From positions 1-36,546 of IMG/VR virus record IMGVR_UViG_3300029156_000009: a stretch of 36,546 nucleotides of DNA. One strand, 5' to 3'. Numbering within the stretch: the stretch's first letter is position 1; every line of letters begins with the position of its first letter. The notes below the pieces were generated by a model, which was given only the letters and a program-made list of their open reading frames with translations, had not been told where the DNA came from and searched no databases. This document shows positions 33,368 through 36,546 of the stretch, in pieces. Origin of the DNA: a virus. Taxonomy: Duplodnaviria; Caudoviricetes. Both the position numbers and the translations under genes were made by a program.

Positions 33368-34152
33368 ACGAACTGGGAGCGCCAGGTAACCACTACCGAG
33401 ACATCAGTGGTCACCGAGTTAGAACCAACGGTGAACCAACCCCAGTCCCGGTCCGATCTACGAATACGATTTAAGGCCGGGTTGCCGCCTTCGGTCACGG
33501 TCCGGTTTCCCAGATCAACCGTCACCGCGCCACCTGAGCCCGTGACTTCAATCGACCAACCGAGAGCGTTATGGGTGAACGTTCCATCACCGGCAAAAAC
33601 CAGCACGGGGTCGTAAACGGATTTGTCACCACCGACCGTTATGGTGTCCGCGCCACTGATGGTGTCGGTTTCTTCCTGCCCACCTTGACGCCAGTACGGC
33701 CAGTCGGCAACGAGGGGCGGAGCGATCTGTCGGACCTTGGTTGCCTTCGACATATACGCAGGGTCAAGGTTGGTGACTTGGAGAAAACGTGATGTTCCGT
33801 CTGGCATATCCACTTCTAGATACGTTTCGGGAACCGTCAAGAGCTGTAGGAAGTCGTCGGTGTTGGCCTGCAGTTGTTCCTGGGGAGTTGCTTCAACAAG
33901 AGTCTTGTTGGGTCCATAGCGCGTCATCTGCATATTCAGATTGAAGAACCGACCCCGACCTAAGAAGTCTCCCCCATACAAAACCCCCGGCCTGCCGTTG
34001 ACCTCGAGCGCTTGGCCCGTAATGCCTGCGGTGCCGAATAGCCCAGCCCAATCCGAGACCATGATGGCGGTCGAGTTGATCGACGTTCCACCAGAGATCC
34101 CCGAAGATGAGAGGGTGCCGCCCAATCTCAGATCGTCACAAGTTACGCTCAT
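33364..34152 (-). CDS. Distal tail (Dit)-like protein
   Basis: Directly after TMP; PYW, VDLGNRTV and GSNSV motifs. Confidence 0.7.
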   Translation of the reverse strand: MSVTCDDLRLGGTLSSSGISGGTSINSTAIMVSDWAGLFGTAGITGQALEVNGRPGVLYGGDFLGRGRFFNLNMQMTRYGPNKTLVEATPQEQLQANTDDFLQLLTVPETYLEVDMPDGTSRFLQVTNLDPAYMSKATKVRQIAPPLVADWPYWRQGGQEETDTISGADTITVGGDKSVYDPVLVFAGDGTFTHNALGWSIEVTGSGGAVTVDLGNRTVTEGGNPALNRIRRSDRDWGWFTVGSNSVTTDVSVVVTWRSQFV

Positions 34153-36546
34153 TGGGCTAAGCCTATAACACTAGACACCGCTTGTTCGACCCTTGCCGTA
34201 TCGGTTGTCGGGTTGGGTTCGGTGAAGAAGTTGACCTCTACCTGCGCCCCACCGGCTCCAGTGAACTCGGGGAGAAACTGTGCGGCGCTGAATGTCGGCG
34301 TGCCGGGGTCTCCGAACGTGACTGGAATCTCCAAACTCAACGACTCTGCCAGGGCGAGGAGGGCTGCGCGGACTTCTGGTGTGTCGGCCTGTGCGGCGGC
34401 GGCAATCAGATTGTCGATCAAGGATTGGGTAACCGGCTGGCCCTCGATGGTCTCCCGCATCGTGTCGATGACCGACTGCGCGACCCCTTGATATTGGCCG
34501 TCTAATGCGGCTTCGGCGGCTTGTGCTTCTGTGGGGTTGGCAACCGCATCCGCCAGGGCCTCGGCGGCTTCTAGGCCTGCCTGATCGAATGTGTCCGCGA
34601 GAGCATCGAGGCCAAAGGCTCTAAGGATTGCAAGGTTCGACTCAAAGGCTTCTCGCGCTTCGATCTCTTCCAGTAGGTTGTCGAAGAAGTCCGAGAAGTC
34701 CGAAACGATCTCGTTTTCCGAGTCTCTGAGTGCGGCTTGTGCGGCCTCCATCGAACCGGGCAGTTGTTCGATCTCATTCTGTAGTTCATCGATACGCTCA
34801 ATGGATTCCAAGAACCGCAACGTGCCACCAGACACTTGACCGGCGAGATTCTGGAACTCAGGACCGAGTTGCTCAGTGTCGTTGAGGAGTTGAGAGAGCG
34901 ATATCCCAGCGTCGTCGGCAACGCCTCCGAGAATCTCCAGGGCGTCGGCCTCTGTCAGTGTTGCGTCAGCCAGCGACCCAAGGTCGTCGGTGATACCTGT
35001 GAGGTCTCGAGCGGTGAACAACTCAAGCGGCCCGCCGCGCAAGTCGTCTCGTAATCCTTGCAACCGGAGTCGTAGGGCAAGCACTTCATCGGCGTCAGCT
35101 CCTAGGGCCTCGGCGTTGAGGAGGACGGCTTCGGTGACACCGATCAGTTCTTCCTTGCTCAGCTTGGCTACGCCTGCGAGTTGGTCAAATCCTTCTTCAC
35201 CTAGGTTGATGGTTTTGATTGCGGCGCTCAGGGCCGATTCCAGTTCGTCTGCGGCGTCGGCACCGCTGGCAATGTCTCCAGCGAGTTCAATAGTGATTCC
35301 GCGCAAGGCGGCGCGTTGGGCAAACTCATCAATGGTCTGCCCGAACTCCTGCACCTCATCTATTGCTCCACCGAAGTCAAGAGTGACAATCTTGCCCAAG
35401 GTCTCCAGGGTTGCGTCTACTGGTGCGCGGGCCACACCGAACACATCGAACAGACCGCCGATACTTTGTGTGATCTGATCGACTCGGGCCAGGAACGACA
35501 CAAGCCCTTCAGCGAACCCGGCGAAACTGTCGGCCCCGTCTTCAACCACCGGAACCAGGGCGCGGATTAGTTCAAGGACCGAGGGACCGGCATCAAGTAG
35601 CGCCTCAAATGCTGGAAGGAGGGCTTCACCTACGGCGGCCTGTAGGTTCTCGAACTCAGCGGTGAGTGATCGTTGCCGGTTGGCGATACTGTCTGCGGTG
35701 CGAGCAAAGTCTCCCTGAGCTGTGGCGGTCTGTTCGAGAATCAGGGCGTAGCGAGCCTGAACCTTGGCGGCATCATCAATAGCACCAGTGGAGTCTTGAA
35801 GTCCTAACTCAAGGGCTTTGGCTTCAACCGCGGCGGCGTTGAGATTGACACCCAGCACTCGGAGCGGCTCGGCTTCACCGACGAGACCGGCCCGAAGTTT
35901 GTCTAAGGCGTCGGTGACTTCGATGTTGTTGAACGATGCAAGGTCGGCGCCGAGTTGGACTATCTCTGGGGCGAGGTCGGCGGCGGCCTGTTGTGACAAC
36001 CCGAGAGCAACAAAGAGGTTGCCGAAGGTGCCGGAGAATTCAAGGGCTGCGGAGTTGGCTAGGCCGAGAGCCTGCGGTGCTGTAGATGCGAACTCCTCGA
36101 TGTCGTCTGAGAAGTCACCGAATACCACACCGACTTTGGATATGGACTCTTCAACGTCTGATGCTGCGCTGATCGAATCCCCGAAGAACTGAAGTAGCGC
36201 CCTACCTCCTCCGAAGGCGGCCAGGGCACCCGCAACCAATCCAACGGCTCGGGTGATCTTGCCAAACGCTGTGGTGCCACGAGATCCGGTGTCCTCTAGT
36301 TCCCGTCCGGTGCGGCGTGACTGGTCTTCTACGTCTTCTAGTTCGTTATCGACTAGCCCGAGTTCTTGGCGCAACTCCTGAAGAGCGCGCTCAGCCTGAC
36401 TTAGATCTCCAGTGTTGACATCAATGTCGATGTCGTCGGTGTCCACCCGGCGGATCTGTTGCTCTAGCTCATTGAGGGACCGCGTTGGTTCTACCTCAAC
36501 CGGGATGATGATCGGCTGAGTGAGTGAATCTATTTGGCCCTCGAGT
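34149..36546 (-). CDS. Tape measure protein (818 aa in total; starts at 179 across the join)
   Basis: Ala/Leu-rich helical protein; ADLASFNN, GEAEPLRVLGV and AQGDFART motifs. Confidence 0.9.
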   Translation of the reverse strand, partial: LEGQIDSLTQPIIIPVEVEPTRSLNELEQQIRRVDTDDIDIDVNTGDLSQAERALQELRQELGLVDNELEDVEDQSRRTGRELEDTGSRGTTAFGKITRAVGLVAGALAAFGGGRALLQFFGDSISAASDVEESISKVGVVFGDFSDDIEEFASTAPQALGLANSAALEFSGTFGNLFVALGLSQQAAADLAPEIVQLGADLASFNNIEVTDALDKLRAGLVGEAEPLRVLGVNLNAAAVEAKALELGLQDSTGAIDDAAKVQARYALILEQTATAQGDFARTADSIANRQRSLTAEFENLQAAVGEALLPAFEALLDAGPSVLELIRALVPVVEDGADSFAGFAEGLVSFLARVDQITQSIGGLFDVFGVARAPVDATLETLGKIVTLDFGGAIDEVQEFGQTIDEFAQRAALRGITIELAGDIASGADAADELESALSAAIKTINLGEEGFDQLAGVAKLSKEELIGVTEAVLLNAEALGADADEVLALRLRLQGLRDDLRGGPLELFTARDLTGITDDLGSLADATLTEADALEILGGVADDAGISLSQLLNDTEQLGPEFQNLAGQVSGGTLRFLESIERIDELQNEIEQLPGSMEAAQAALRDSENEIVSDFSDFFDNLLEEIEAREAFESNLAILRAFGLDALADTFDQAGLEAAEALADAVANPTEAQAAEAALDGQYQGVAQSVIDTMRETIEGQPVTQSLIDNLIAAAAQADTPEVRAALLALAESLSLEIPVTFGDPGTPTFSAAQFLPEFTGAGGAQVEVNFFTEPNPTTDTARVEQAVSSVIGLAQ
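36448..36546 (+). repeat. 99-bp terminal direct repeat, right copy
   Basis: Identical to 22-120. Confidence 0.95.

Noticed and set aside
243-36192. Plus-strand ORFs in the track
   Set aside because: They are antisense shadows of well-supported minus-strand genes, Ser/Arg-rich and without recognisable motifs

Overview
The window is an essentially complete, circularised ~36.4 kb tailed (siphovirus-type) phage genome. Positions 22-120 equal 36448-36546 and the tape-measure gene reads through this join; positions 1-17 are a random-amplification primer. Every credible gene lies on the minus strand. WhiB, an LPFTG-anchored surface protein, leaderless TANNNT promoters and a Rosebush/cluster-B-like head module (portal-MuF, protease, separate hexamer and pentamer capsid proteins) point to an actinobacterial host. 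No integrase, polymerase, primase or helicase is recognisable. The main candidate system is virion glycosylation. A ~6 kb cassette sits between the two capsid genes and encodes a CgeB-like GT, an FkbM O-methyltransferase, a GT47+GT2 fusion, a GT4 and a TagF-like transferase; a further GT-A gene follows the tail beta-helix gene. Five structural proteins end in Ser, three in a shared DC-x2-4-GS tail that may be the acceptor tag. Also seen: a four-copy TGTAAG-N5-CTTACA operator, two structured intergenic RNA candidates sharing a 10-mer antisense to a small membrane gene's RBS, a -1 frameshift in the tail chaperone, junction repeats carrying RBS plus start codon, and several coupled micro-ORFs. 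Family calls come from motif recognition, not database searches.
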